Assembly (NCBI GenBank): GCA_963728405.1
Contig: CAVSJV010000013.1
Coordinates: 1 to 64,000, forward strand
DNA length: 64,000 nucleotides
Origin: Methanomassiliicoccaceae archaeon
GTDB lineage: Archaea > Thermoplasmatota > Thermoplasmata > Methanomassiliicoccales > Methanomassiliicoccaceae
Direction: 5' to 3'
Shown here piece after piece: positions 10,657-20,099 of this stretch. Numbering within the stretch: position 1 is the first letter of the stretch; the number at the start of each line of letters is the position of its first letter. A model generated the notes under the pieces. That model saw nothing but the letters and a program-made list of their open reading frames with translations, had not been told where the DNA came from and ran no database searches. A program made the position numbers and the translations under genes.

Positions 10657-12362
10657 CTATTGCTTCTCGTCAGAAACGACGAACTGGTCAAGGTTGGCGC
10701 CACATAGTGCCGCCCTCATCACCAGGGGGGCGTCGGAAGCGCGGAACCGGACCTGGGATTGACTGTCCCTCTCCCGGAGCGTGACGGTTCCATCTTGTAG
10801 GCTCTGGTAGTCGACAGTTATGCAGTACGGCGTCCCGATCTCGTCCATTCGAGCGTATCTGCGGCCGATGGAGCCGGAATCGTCGTAATATGTCTCGATG
10901 CCGCTGTACCTGATCTCTTGGTCGATGTCCATCGCTACCTTGTCCAGCTCGTCTCTGGACATCAGGGGGAAAACCCCCACCTTGATCGGAGCGATGGCCG
11001 GAGAGATCCGCAGCATCTCCATCTCATCCTTCTTGGTATAGGCGTGCTCCAGGCAGGTGTAGGTGATGCGGTCCAGGCCGTGAGAAGGCTCGATCACGTG
11101 GGGGATGACCTTGACGCCGGAGACCTTGTCCTTGACCCGGGCGACATCATAGTTCTCCTTGCCGAGGACGTACTTCTGGCCGTCCACCTCGACCGTTATC
11201 TCGCCGTTCTCGATGAGCGCTGGGTCGAACGCTTCCATGGCCTTGCCGATCTTGCTGCCGAGGGCCTTGTACTTCGGGCCGAGCAGGCCATACTTTGGCT
11301 TTACCACGTCCCTTTCCACCTCCTGGGGGGTCTCGAACCGTTTGAACGCGGTCATGTCCACACCCGAGAACTTGATGTGGCGGGAGAGGTCCCAGTTGCC
11401 CCGGTCGGCGATACCAACGATCTCGGTCCAGCCGTAGCTCAGGAGCGCCTCGGCGTCCCAGCAATCCGCGGCGTAGTGGGCCATCTCGGTCTTCTCGTGC
11501 TGCCTGAACCGGAGCCTGGCGCCGTCTACGCCGATGGCCTTGAGGAACTCCTGAGTGAACCAGAGGAAGTACGCGAGGACCTGGTTGCAGACCACATGCT
11601 GTTCCACCGCCTCGCCGACGGTGATGGTCAGTTCCCGGCCGTCATTGGCCAACAGCTGGAGCATCTCCTCCTCGACATCCTTGAAGCGCGGCCAGCTCTT
11701 ATCATCGGGGTCAACGAACAGTTCGCACTCCATCATGTTGAACTCCCGCATGCGGATCACTCCCTGGCGGGGAGAGATCTCATTGCGGTAGCCGCGCCCG
11801 ACCTGTATGACGCCCGAGGGGCAGCTTCTCGCGATTGTAGCGGTACAGATTTGGGAAATTGACGAAGATGCCCTGAGCCGTCTCCGGTCTCAGGTAGCCG
11901 ACCCGGCCGGAGCCGGGGCCGATGGTCGTCTTGAACATCAGATTGAACTCCTCCACCGAGGAGAATTCGCCCCCGCAGGCCGGGCAGACGATGTTGTTCT
12001 TCAGGATCAGGTCGTCGAGTTCCCTCTCCTTTAGAGTTCCAGGGTTGGGGTGGAGGTCCTTCACCAGGTGGTCGGCGCGGTAACGGTTCCTCGCAACCCT
12101 TGCACTTCACCATCTTATCGGCGAACTCGTCCCATGCACCAGAGGCCTTGAACACGATCTCCGGGCCGATGGTTTCCGAGTCGATCTCCACGAAACCCTC
12201 GCCCAAGGTGTACAGTCTTCTCCAGATCTCGGTGATGTTGTTCTTCATTGCGGTGCCCAGGGGGCCGTAATCATACAAGCCGGCCACGCCGCCGTACACT
12301 TCAAAGGAGGGGTAAAGGAAACCCCTGCGCTTGCAGAGCGAGAGAACGTCTGATGCATCCAT
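10657..12362 (-). CDS. glyS: Glycine--tRNA ligase, archaeal/eukaryal type (frameshifts near 12085 and 11815)
   Basis: YGGVAGLYDYGPLG, YLRPETAQGIF, RMREFNMME, SGSIGRRYARMDEIG. Confidence 0.95.
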
Positions 12363-12392
12363 TGTTATTACCTCGATAGTCAGTTCGAACGC

Positions 12393-13238
12393 CTATTGTG
12401 CCAGGATCGATATCACGTTGATGTCGTAGAGCATCGCTACCAGTTTGTCCTTGGAATCGACCACTGGTAACTGTCCGAAGTCATTGCGGCGCATGGTCCG
12501 GGCGGCCTCGGATACGTTGGTCTTCTTAAAAACCGTTGTGGGCGATCGGATCATGATGTCCCGGACCGGAATGGCGGGCATCTCGATCTTGGAGACCTCG
12601 AACCACAGTTTCATGACGTTCCTAAGCCCCTCCCAGGTCCACTCGTCCTCATCCCCGCCGATACCCAGGGCGGTCAGGGCGATAGAACCGTTGATTAGGC
12701 TCTTGTTGAAAACATCGCGATCGGTCAGTATGCCTGATAGCAGGCCATTGGCGTCCAGGACCGGCAGTGCGTTGACACGGCTGGCCTTGAAGGTGACCAA
12801 TGCCACCCGAAGCGGCGCATCCTGATAGATGGGGACGCAGGGAGAGAGGGCGATCTCTTCCACCGGTACGCCTGAGGCCTTCTTCTCCACCTCGTAGAGG
12901 AGGTCGGTAGGGGTCAGTATTCCGATGAGCTTCTTGTTCTCGACCACCGGAAAGTGGGTCACCTGCCTGGTGATCATGATCTTGGCAGCGTGTTCTAAGC
13001 TGTCCTTGGGAGACAATACCAGGGGGTCGCGGTTCATGACTATGGCCAGCTGGTCCTCTTCGGGGTTCTGGAAGATGTCATTCCTGGTCACCATCCCGGC
13101 CAGGCTGCCATCGCTTTTCTTGACGATCGGCACGCCCGTAAGGTTGTGTTTCACCATCAGCTTGAGAACATCGTTCCGGGAACCGGGGATCTCAGCGGTG
13201 ATGGGGTTGTGGGTCATCACTTCCTCGACCGTGGTCAT
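12393..13238 (-). CDS. Stand-alone 4xCBS domain protein
   Basis: Repeated CBS motifs (VPIV..GMVT..D; LPVLD..GILTDRD). Confidence 0.9.
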   Translation of the reverse strand: MTTVEEVMTHNPITAEIPGSRNDVLKLMVKHNLTGVPIVKKSDGSLAGMVTRNDIFQNPEEDQLAIVMNRDPLVLSPKDSLEHAAKIMITRQVTHFPVVENKKLIGILTPTDLLYEVEKKASGVPVEEIALSPCVPIYQDAPLRVALVTFKASRVNALPVLDANGLLSGILTDRDVFNKSLINGSIALTALGIGGDEDEWTWEGLRNVMKLWFEVSKIEMPAIPVRDIMIRSPTTVFKKTNVSEAARTMRRNDFGQLPVVDSKDKLVAMLYDINVISILAQ

Positions 13239-13687
13239 TTCTTATCCTCCGCGGCTGGCTCGGCCCGGACGACCAGGACTGGGCAAGGGGCGAAGCGGAC
13301 GACCCTCTCGGCTACGCTGCCCAGCAGGAGCTTGGAGATGCCTGTCCGACCCAGGGTGCCCATGACAACTAGGTCCTGTTTCTCCGCCTCATCGACGATC
13401 TTCTTGGCCGGAGAGCCTTCGGCGACCTTGGGGATTACCTTGACCCCGACCTTCTCACCCTCCTTTACCACGAAATCGACCGCGTCCTTCCCCTCCTTTT
13501 CGAGCAGGGAGTAGATGCTGACCACCGTTGCGTCCATGGGGAAGTTGACGAACGATGCCTGATCCACAACATACAACGCGGTCACTTCGGCTCCCATGAC
13601 GCGGGCCAGCTCGAGCCCCTGGGAAATGGCGGCCTTGGTGTTCTCGCTTCCGTCGGTAGGTATCAGTATCCTCTTGAACTCGTTCAT
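13235..13687 (-). CDS. Universal stress protein (UspA family)
   Basis: ILIPTDGS, VMGTLGRTG..LLGSVAERVVR..PCPVLVV; ATGA overlaps with both neighbours. Confidence 0.95.
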   Translation of the reverse strand: MNEFKRILIPTDGSENTKAAISQGLELARVMGAEVTALYVVDQASFVNFPMDATVVSIYSLLEKEGKDAVDFVVKEGEKVGVKVIPKVAEGSPAKKIVDEAEKQDLVVMGTLGRTGISKLLLGSVAERVVRFAPCPVLVVRAEPAAEDKK

Positions 13688-14751
13688 CTTGCTCCCTTCC
13701 ATGTCTTACAGCCTGCGCAGACAAATAATGGCTCCTCCCCGGCGGTGCGCAGGATCAGGTCGGTAAGAGGGTCCCCATGTTTTGAACGGACCACCATGAA
13801 ATCGCATGGCATGTCCGGTTCTATCTCTATTAGTGGACTCCGATTTATAATTTTTCGCCCATTACTGGTCACCATGCTTAAAACGCAGTCGAGACGGGTC
13901 ATCCCTTGCTGGCGCAGGAGCCGCCCTACGAATTCCATCTCCATGAGCAGGTCAGGCATGGATATCATCGCGTTGTCGGTGCCCAGGGCCATCGTGACGT
14001 CGTGCTTGACCATCCTGGCCAAAGGAGGGGTCATGCCGAAGAACAGGTTGGACCGGGCGCACACCACCACTGGAATGTCCAGTTGAGCGCACACCTCCAG
14101 GTCCGAGTCGGTGGCCTGGGTCATATGGATCAGGTATGATGGCTTCAGGTCCAATACCTTGTCCAAGTCCTCCCTTACCCGTTCCGAGCAGTGGAGGGCG
14201 AAAACCTTGCCCCGGGATCGGACGTGCTCCGACAGCTCCCGGAGCTCCTCGTAGTCCCAGTCCGTGATGGCGGAGGGGCCGATTCCCTCGGTTAGGTCCA
14301 GGAGGGCATCGATCTCCTCCCGGTCGAAGCAAGGCATCCTCGGTTTGCCGAGGACGTACGGTCGGGCCCATTGGGCCGAGGTCATGAGCTTGGCGCCTTC
14401 CACTCCCCCCTCCCGAAAGTCGGAGAACGCGGAGATGCCTCTCCGGAACATCGTCTCGGAGAGCTGGGCTATGGCCTTTCTCTGCTTCTCCTCGGACGTC
14501 TGGGAGAGGACGCGATACTTCAGCCCGTTGGGCGGAGCTACTACCTCTGCCAGTGTCAGAGAGAGGTCGATAGGGACAACGAAGTCGGCGATGTGGGTAT
14601 GGGCATTGATGAGCGTGGGCAGGATGATGCCCTCGGCGATGCACTCATGTGCTGTCCCCCTCCCCACTTCTTTGACGATCCCGTCCTCAAAGCCGACATG
14701 GCCATCCCGGAAACCCTCCGCTGTGAGGACCTTCCCGGACACGAATTGCAT
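13684..14751 (-). CDS. Amidohydrolase/deaminase family protein
   Basis: NAHTHIAD, LHCSE, IHMT, LGTDN metal-binding motifs. Confidence 0.9.
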   Translation of the reverse strand: MQFVSGKVLTAEGFRDGHVGFEDGIVKEVGRGTAHECIAEGIILPTLINAHTHIADFVVPIDLSLTLAEVVAPPNGLKYRVLSQTSEEKQRKAIAQLSETMFRRGISAFSDFREGGVEGAKLMTSAQWARPYVLGKPRMPCFDREEIDALLDLTEGIGPSAITDWDYEELRELSEHVRSRGKVFALHCSERVREDLDKVLDLKPSYLIHMTQATDSDLEVCAQLDIPVVVCARSNLFFGMTPPLARMVKHDVTMALGTDNAMISMPDLLMEMEFVGRLLRQQGMTRLDCVLSMVTSNGRKIINRSPLIEIEPDMPCDFMVVRSKHGDPLTDLILRTAGEEPLFVCAGCKTWKGAR

Positions 14752-14950
14752 GGCCCCTGAATACAGGATGGGGCTATTTCAATCATATTGTCCTGCGAGA
14801 GGAGGCTACCAGAAGATGATGATGTCCAATGTGCGATAGATGATGGCGTATACATCCGACTGAAACTGGTAATGAGTAAAGTATAAAAAACAATATTTTT
14901 GCTTGACCTATTGTGTTGGAGGATATATCCAACTGGAGGAGGTATACAAG

Positions 14951-15082
14951 ATGAGCGTAGTAATGTGCCGAATGGGGTGCAAGGTCGATGGGGACGGTCT
15001 TTCGCACTACATCATCTACGACGAGCTGGGCGAACTGCCCTTCCGATCCTGGCGGATCACAAGGTGCCCTCGGTCCTTATGA
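14951..15082 (+). CDS. CbpA-like RiPP precursor peptide (3' end apparently fused to a cbpB remnant)
   Basis: GGAGGAGGT RBS; MSVVMCRMGCKVDGDGLSHYIIYDE resembles the CxxDGxGLSHYI motif I recall for CbpA; below the ORF-track cutoff. Confidence 0.55.
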   Translation: MSVVMCRMGCKVDGDGLSHYIIYDELGELPFRSWRITRCPRSL

Positions 15083-15668
15083 ACCCGGTCCGAGGTGCTC
15101 GGGGAGTCGCTAGGGCCCTACGCCCACCAAACGATGTGCTAATGTCAAAGTTCACCCAGGCCATCGACCGAGCAGTTGCCAGGACCAAGGCCGGAAACCG
15201 CATCACCATCGGGGACTTCTCCAACCTTATCCTCGGGATAGTGGCCCCCAGGGTCGCCACCTCATGTGTGACATCACCCCCTGTGGTGGGGGCCGTTGTT
15301 CGTATCGGTCGCATCCGACGGCTCGATCTGCCCCTGCTCAGAGTTCCTGGGTCTGAAGGACTTCAGCACTGCGAGCGTGTTCGAGAAGGGCGGGGTGGAG
15401 AAGGCAGTTCTCTCACCTCAGCTGAAGCTGGTCCGGTCCCGTCGAGCCGAAAACATTCCCGACATGCTCGGACTGCGCGATCCGGAGCATCTGGGGGGCA
15501 CCCTACTCCGGAGAGGCGTATGGCGAGAACGACACCATCATGGAGAACGGTCCCTATTGCGGGTTCTACAAGACCGTCCGATATGCCTTCGACCTGATCG
15601 GTTCGGGAGAGCTGAACAACTTAGTGAGGCCGGCCGGCTACGACTGTAGGTTCAACCTGTTCTCATGA
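15020..15668 (+). pseudogene. C-terminal half of a CbpB-like peptide-modifying radical SAM/SPASM enzyme
   Basis: Across frameshifts: VPSVLMNPVR, GDFSNLILGIVAP, LMCDITPCGGGRC, DGSICPCSEF, CSDC, PYC; no CxxxCxxC N-terminus. Confidence 0.7.
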
Positions 15669-15775
15669 GCAAACCCCATCCTATCTTTCTCTTAGTATGA
15701 CCGAGGTGGCAATGTGAAAGCCTTTTTATAGAATCATCCGATTGAGAGGAGCTAAATTAATCTGAGGTGTTAGGT

Positions 15776-15949
15776 TTGGTTGCAAAGATAAAAGCCGAAG
15801 ATTGCGTTGGATGCGGAGCTTGCGAGGACGTTTGCCCCCAGTCGGCCATCAAGGTCACCGATGTCGCGGTCATAAGTGAGAAGGACTGCGTGGACTGCGG
15901 CGCCTGTGTTGATGAGTGCCCTAACGGCGCCATCACCGTAGACGAGTAG
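15776..15949 (+). CDS. 2[4Fe-4S] ferredoxin
   Basis: CVGCGACEDVCP and CVDCGACVDECP; GAGGTG RBS before TTG. Confidence 0.95.
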   Translation: MVAKIKAEDCVGCGACEDVCPQSAIKVTDVAVISEKDCVDCGACVDECPNGAITVDE

Positions 15950-16059
15950 GCCAGTTCAGCTACTAACTGGAGCTCTCGCTCCACCCTTCCTTCGATTTCA
16001 TTATTTTATTGCTTTTGTTCTAGCGATGTTTATAGGTCTGGGGATGCAACTATCCCAAG

Positions 16060-16803
16060 ATGACCCTGGAGGACCTTGCTGCTGTTCTCATCCTGCTCAT
16101 AGCGGCATACTTCCCGGCGATAGGCGCTCTGATCTGGCTGCGCTGGGGAGAGCGAGGTCGGAAGGAAAGATGGGAGGATCTCATCCTCACCTTCCTGGGA
16201 GGGGCGGTCATCGCGGTCATCATGGCCACCGTCCTAGAGCTCGCTGCCACCGAGTTCCTCGTGTCCACAGTGGCGAGGGAGTATGAGTTCTTCTCCCGGG
16301 ACCCTACGACGGTGACGTTCTTGGTGGTCATCATCCTGGCCCCTTTGATCGAAGAATTCGCTTGTGTCATGGTGTTGCTACGGTTCTCCCGTTACATCTG
16401 GAGGCCCCGCAACGGCCTGGTCTTCGGCGCCGCCTGCGGCCTGGGGTTCGCTGCCACCGAGAACTTCCTGTATGAAGGGACTGCCCTGTTCGTCGAGGGG
16501 TTCTCCGCCTTCCTGGCAGTGGCGCTGGTTCGGAGCTTTTCCTCGGCCCTCATGCATGCCTCGGCCACTTCCATCTCGGGCTATGGCGTGGCCCGGGCAA
16601 AATCATATGGGGAGCACTGGTGGCCCTACTTCGTCGCGGCGGTACTGATGCACGCCTCGTTCAATCTGTTCGCATCGTTCGGCCTGCTGTTCACCGCACG
16701 CCTGGGACCAGCCGCGAGCGTGTTCGGCCTAGTATTCTCGCTGGTGCTCGTCCTGATCGCAGTCCTATACCTGCGATGGCGGATCGGCGGATATCATGCC
16801 TGA
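16060..16803 (+). CDS. PrsW-family intramembrane metalloprotease
   Basis: APLIEE, GLGFAATEN, SALMH, LMHASFN. Confidence 0.9.
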   Translation: MTLEDLAAVLILLIAAYFPAIGALIWLRWGERGRKERWEDLILTFLGGAVIAVIMATVLELAATEFLVSTVAREYEFFSRDPTTVTFLVVIILAPLIEEFACVMVLLRFSRYIWRPRNGLVFGAACGLGFAATENFLYEGTALFVEGFSAFLAVALVRSFSSALMHASATSISGYGVARAKSYGEHWWPYFVAAVLMHASFNLFASFGLLFTARLGPAASVFGLVFSLVLVLIAVLYLRWRIGGYHA

Positions 16804-16806
16804 TGA

Positions 16807-17742
16807 TCACTTCGCCCAGTATGGCTCCTTGATGAACTTGTATGCGCTATTGGATGCGATGGCCGCTTCGCCGCAAGCTACCACGATCTGCTTGTACTTG
16901 CCCTTGTATGCGACCGCATCGCCGCAGGCGAACACGCCCCGACGGGAGGTGCACATGTCGGTATCGACTTTGATGAGACCCTCCTCTAGCTCGAGGCCCC
17001 ACTTCTTCATGTCTTCCGCCTCGTTCAAGGTACCGATATTGATGATGATGGCATCGGCCTTGCGCTCTACAAGATCGCCGTTCTGCCTGATGACCACGCT
17101 CTCCACGTGGTCGCCGCCCTTGATCTCCACGATCTCGGCGCTCATGATAGTCTCGATCTTGGAGTTATGGACCCGCTCCACCACGGCCTCGTCGGCCCGG
17201 AAGGTATTGCGGCGATGGATGACACAAGTCCCCGCTTTCTCGCAGGCGATGAGGGCCATCTCCAAGGCGGAATTGCCGCCTCCCACGAAGATGACGTCCT
17301 TCCCCAACAAGTACTCCTTGTCCGGAAGCTTGTAATACACGCCCTTCCCCTCGAACTTTTCCTCGCCTATGGCACCGACCCGTTTGGGCTTGAACAGCCC
17401 CATGCCGGTTGCCAGGATCACCGCCTTGGTCTCGTAGACTCCCTGGTCGGTCTGAACCTGGAGATGGCCCTCTTTGTCCTCCAGGGTAGTGACCTTCTCA
17501 TGCTCGTGGAACTCGCACCCCATCGATCGGGCGTGGTTCACCAGGTTCGCGGAGAGTTGACCGGCGTCGGTCATGATATAGCCAGGGTAGTTATCTATGC
17601 CCTTCTCCGGGTAGAGGCTGGCCAACTGCCCTCCGGCGATGGTGGCGTCGATGATGAGCGTGGAGAGCTTTCGGGTACGCGCGTACACGCCCGCGGTGAG
17701 GCCGGCCGGACCAGCGCCGATGATGATGAGATCGTAAAGCAT
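16807..17742 (-). CDS. Thioredoxin-reductase-fold flavoprotein, probably ferredoxin-NADP+ reductase type
   Basis: GAGPAG, GGQLASLYPEK, GGGNSA, FACGD; no CxxC redox motif. Confidence 0.8.
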   Translation of the reverse strand: MLYDLIIIGAGPAGLTAGVYARTRKLSTLIIDATIAGGQLASLYPEKGIDNYPGYIMTDAGQLSANLVNHARSMGCEFHEHEKVTTLEDKEGHLQVQTDQGVYETKAVILATGMGLFKPKRVGAIGEEKFEGKGVYYKLPDKEYLLGKDVIFVGGGNSALEMALIACEKAGTCVIHRRNTFRADEAVVERVHNSKIETIMSAEIVEIKGGDHVESVVIRQNGDLVERKADAIIINIGTLNEAEDMKKWGLELEEGLIKVDTDMCTSRRGVFACGDAVAYKGKYKQIVVACGEAAIASNSAYKFIKEPYWAK

Positions 17743-18045
17743 GCAAGGGTGCAATACGGGCTCGTTTAATTAATTGTTTTGACATTAAGGAACCTGACTT
17801 TCCTCACAGAGGGCATTCAGAGCGCACGAATCCGCATCTCTGCTGTCGGAAGTCGTAGAGGGGAACTCAAAAAGGAATGCCTCTATGCGCCATCCGATGA
17901 CGGAGCAGTTCACCTGGATTTTTCAATCACTTCATTCCGGAACCCAGACCAGGATGGCGAAAACAATGACCATTCACCCATCTATGGTCGTATCTAGAGT
18001 CCGACAACTTCAAACACCATCGGTGACGATAATAGGACGATACTC

Positions 18046-18600
18046 ATGTCCTTCAGGGCGTTCATATCGGTTGATCTGGCCAGGCAGAAGGAGATCGAGG
18101 ACTACATCGTGGAGCTGAAGCAGGCCGATCCCACCCTCAAGGTCGTGGACCCCGCACAGGTCCATGTGACCCTAAAGTTCCTGGGGGAGACCGATGAGTC
18201 TCTGGTCCCCCGCATCGCGGAGGCCATGGCAAAGGCTGCTGAGGGCATCGCGCCGTTCGACCTGCGGTTCAAGGGTTCGGACGCCTTTCCCTCGAAGAAC
18301 CGCATAAGGGTGATATGGGTGGGGATGAACGACGCCATGCCAATGGGGACGATGGCGACCCGGCTTGACGAGAGCATCAGCGCTTTGGGCTTCGAGCGCG
18401 AGAAGCGCCCCTTCGCCCCCCATCTCACCGTGGCCAGGACAAAGGTGGAGGGCTCCAGCCCGGTAGTCCGTCAACTGATCGAGAACCATCATGATGTCGA
18501 TCTGGGATCCCAACGCATCGACGCCATCCGTCTGAAGAAGAGCGTCCTCACCCGCTGCGGTCCCCAGTATACTACGGTGGAAGAGGTCCGATTGTCCTAG
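18046..18600 (+). CDS. thpR: RNA 2',3'-cyclic phosphodiesterase (2H family)
   Basis: HVTLKFLG and PHLTVAR HxT motifs. Confidence 0.92.
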   Translation: MSFRAFISVDLARQKEIEDYIVELKQADPTLKVVDPAQVHVTLKFLGETDESLVPRIAEAMAKAAEGIAPFDLRFKGSDAFPSKNRIRVIWVGMNDAMPMGTMATRLDESISALGFEREKRPFAPHLTVARTKVEGSSPVVRQLIENHHDVDLGSQRIDAIRLKKSVLTRCGPQYTTVEEVRLS

Positions 18601-18670
18601 ACTCGTCCGTACACTGAATGTAGTCGGGCGCATGAGATACCTCTCCCGTCGGTGAAGGGACGGGAGAACC

Positions 18671-19150
18671 ATGAAGCATTTCAGAAAGAACATCCGGAAG
18701 GACAAGGGCGCAGGGATCGAAGGGTTGCCGCTTCAGCTGATGATAATGGTGGTGGTGGCCGGACTGGGTATCGCCATCATCTTGGGATGGATGGGCGGGC
18801 TCAGTGCCCCCAACGGCATCGACGCCGTTTACGCCAATCCTACCGAGCTGGTCCTGAATGACGGCGACCATGATGGCATTTACACTGGGTCGGGCATGTC
18901 GATCACCATTTCCGTCATTGACAAGAGCGGCGATGCGGTGAAGGGCGCCACGGTCGTCCTTGATGGCTGCAGCATCATGAACAGCGACGGAAAGCAGGTC
19001 CACGGTACCACCGACGACCTTGGAAAGGTGACCTTCAGCGGATTGAGCGCCTCGCAGACCGGCAAGTCGGTGGGGTTCATATCGGTGTCGGTGACCAAGA
19101 GCGGCCTGGGGACCGATAACGGTCTGACCGTGCCAGTGATCTCGGAGTGA
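18671..19150 (+). CDS. Pilin-like protein with class III-type signal peptide and Ig/Cna-like domain
   Basis: Basic N-terminus, G|IEGLPL, hydrophobic helix. Confidence 0.7.
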   Translation: MKHFRKNIRKDKGAGIEGLPLQLMIMVVVAGLGIAIILGWMGGLSAPNGIDAVYANPTELVLNDGDHDGIYTGSGMSITISVIDKSGDAVKGATVVLDGCSIMNSDGKQVHGTTDDLGKVTFSGLSASQTGKSVGFISVSVTKSGLGTDNGLTVPVISE

Positions 19151-19154
19151 GCTT

Positions 19155-19628
19155 ATGAAGAGCTGGGACCAGCGGGGGCTGGAAGGCCTCCCGCTGAAAC
19201 TATTGATAATATCTTTGCTCCTCTCCTTGACCGCCCCGGCGGTGCTAGGGAGCATGGAGAGCTTCGAACGTTCCACCGCCCGGTACCAGATTCAGGCCGA
19301 GGCCGTTCGGTTGGGGAACCTGGTGGAAGAGGTCCGATCGGCAGGGGAGGGGAACCGGAGGTCGCTTAGCATTTTGCTACCCCCCACTTTGTCCAAGTTC
19401 TCGATGGCCATGGAGATCGGTGGAGATGTCAACAACGCCTCCTCGCTGAGCATCAGGTGCTCGAGCGAAGGCCGTGTGTTCTCCACCCAGATCCTGGACG
19501 ACCCGCCCGCGAGGATGGTCTCCGCGAACCTCTCGACCCTCAGATTGGAGGCCGGAGAGCATCGACTCACCGCTGAGTGTAGGCAGGTCGATGACCGGCT
19601 GGTCGTGGTCGTGACGGTGATGAGATGA
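19155..19628 (+). CDS. Pilin-like protein
   Basis: DQRG|LEGLPLKLLII hydrophobic helix. Confidence 0.7.
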   Translation: MKSWDQRGLEGLPLKLLIISLLLSLTAPAVLGSMESFERSTARYQIQAEAVRLGNLVEEVRSAGEGNRRSLSILLPPTLSKFSMAMEIGGDVNNASSLSIRCSSEGRVFSTQILDDPPARMVSANLSTLRLEAGEHRLTAECRQVDDRLVVVVTVMR

Positions 19629-20099
19629 TCGAGTTCGTCATGTCCAGGGTTTGGATGGTCATCGCCGGCCTGGCCGTGGCCGGCGTCGTTCTTTTCGCTT
19701 TCACGGGGCTCGACGAAGGGACCCGTGACAAAGCGGCCATCGACGGAGCGAACTGTCCTGGCCGATCTGATGGACGAGCTGAGGAGGAACGGGCAGGTCG
19801 GCGAAGTGCGGATCGATGGACGAGATGTGATATTTGACGATGACCACACTCTACGGGTCTGCAACGGTTCCATCTGGGTCCAGAGCGGGTCCAAGGAACG
19901 GGCCATCGATGGGCCACGGGACATCGCCCTGGTGGAGGGGGGCAGGAACGTTGATGCCCTCACGATCCAGCGCTCCGACCATCTGGTCCTGCGTTCGTTC
20001 CTGACCGGGAGCGGCAAGATCGGGATTCAGCTAGAAAAGGTGGACGTCACCAGCTTGACCCCTTCGACGAACCTCCTGCACTCTTCCTCAGTATTATAG
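19625..20099 (+). CDS. Membrane-anchored minor pilin-like protein (frameshift near 19750)
   Basis: ATGA overlap with the previous gene; N-terminal TM helix; ORFs 19625-19837 and 19725-20099. Confidence 0.5.
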
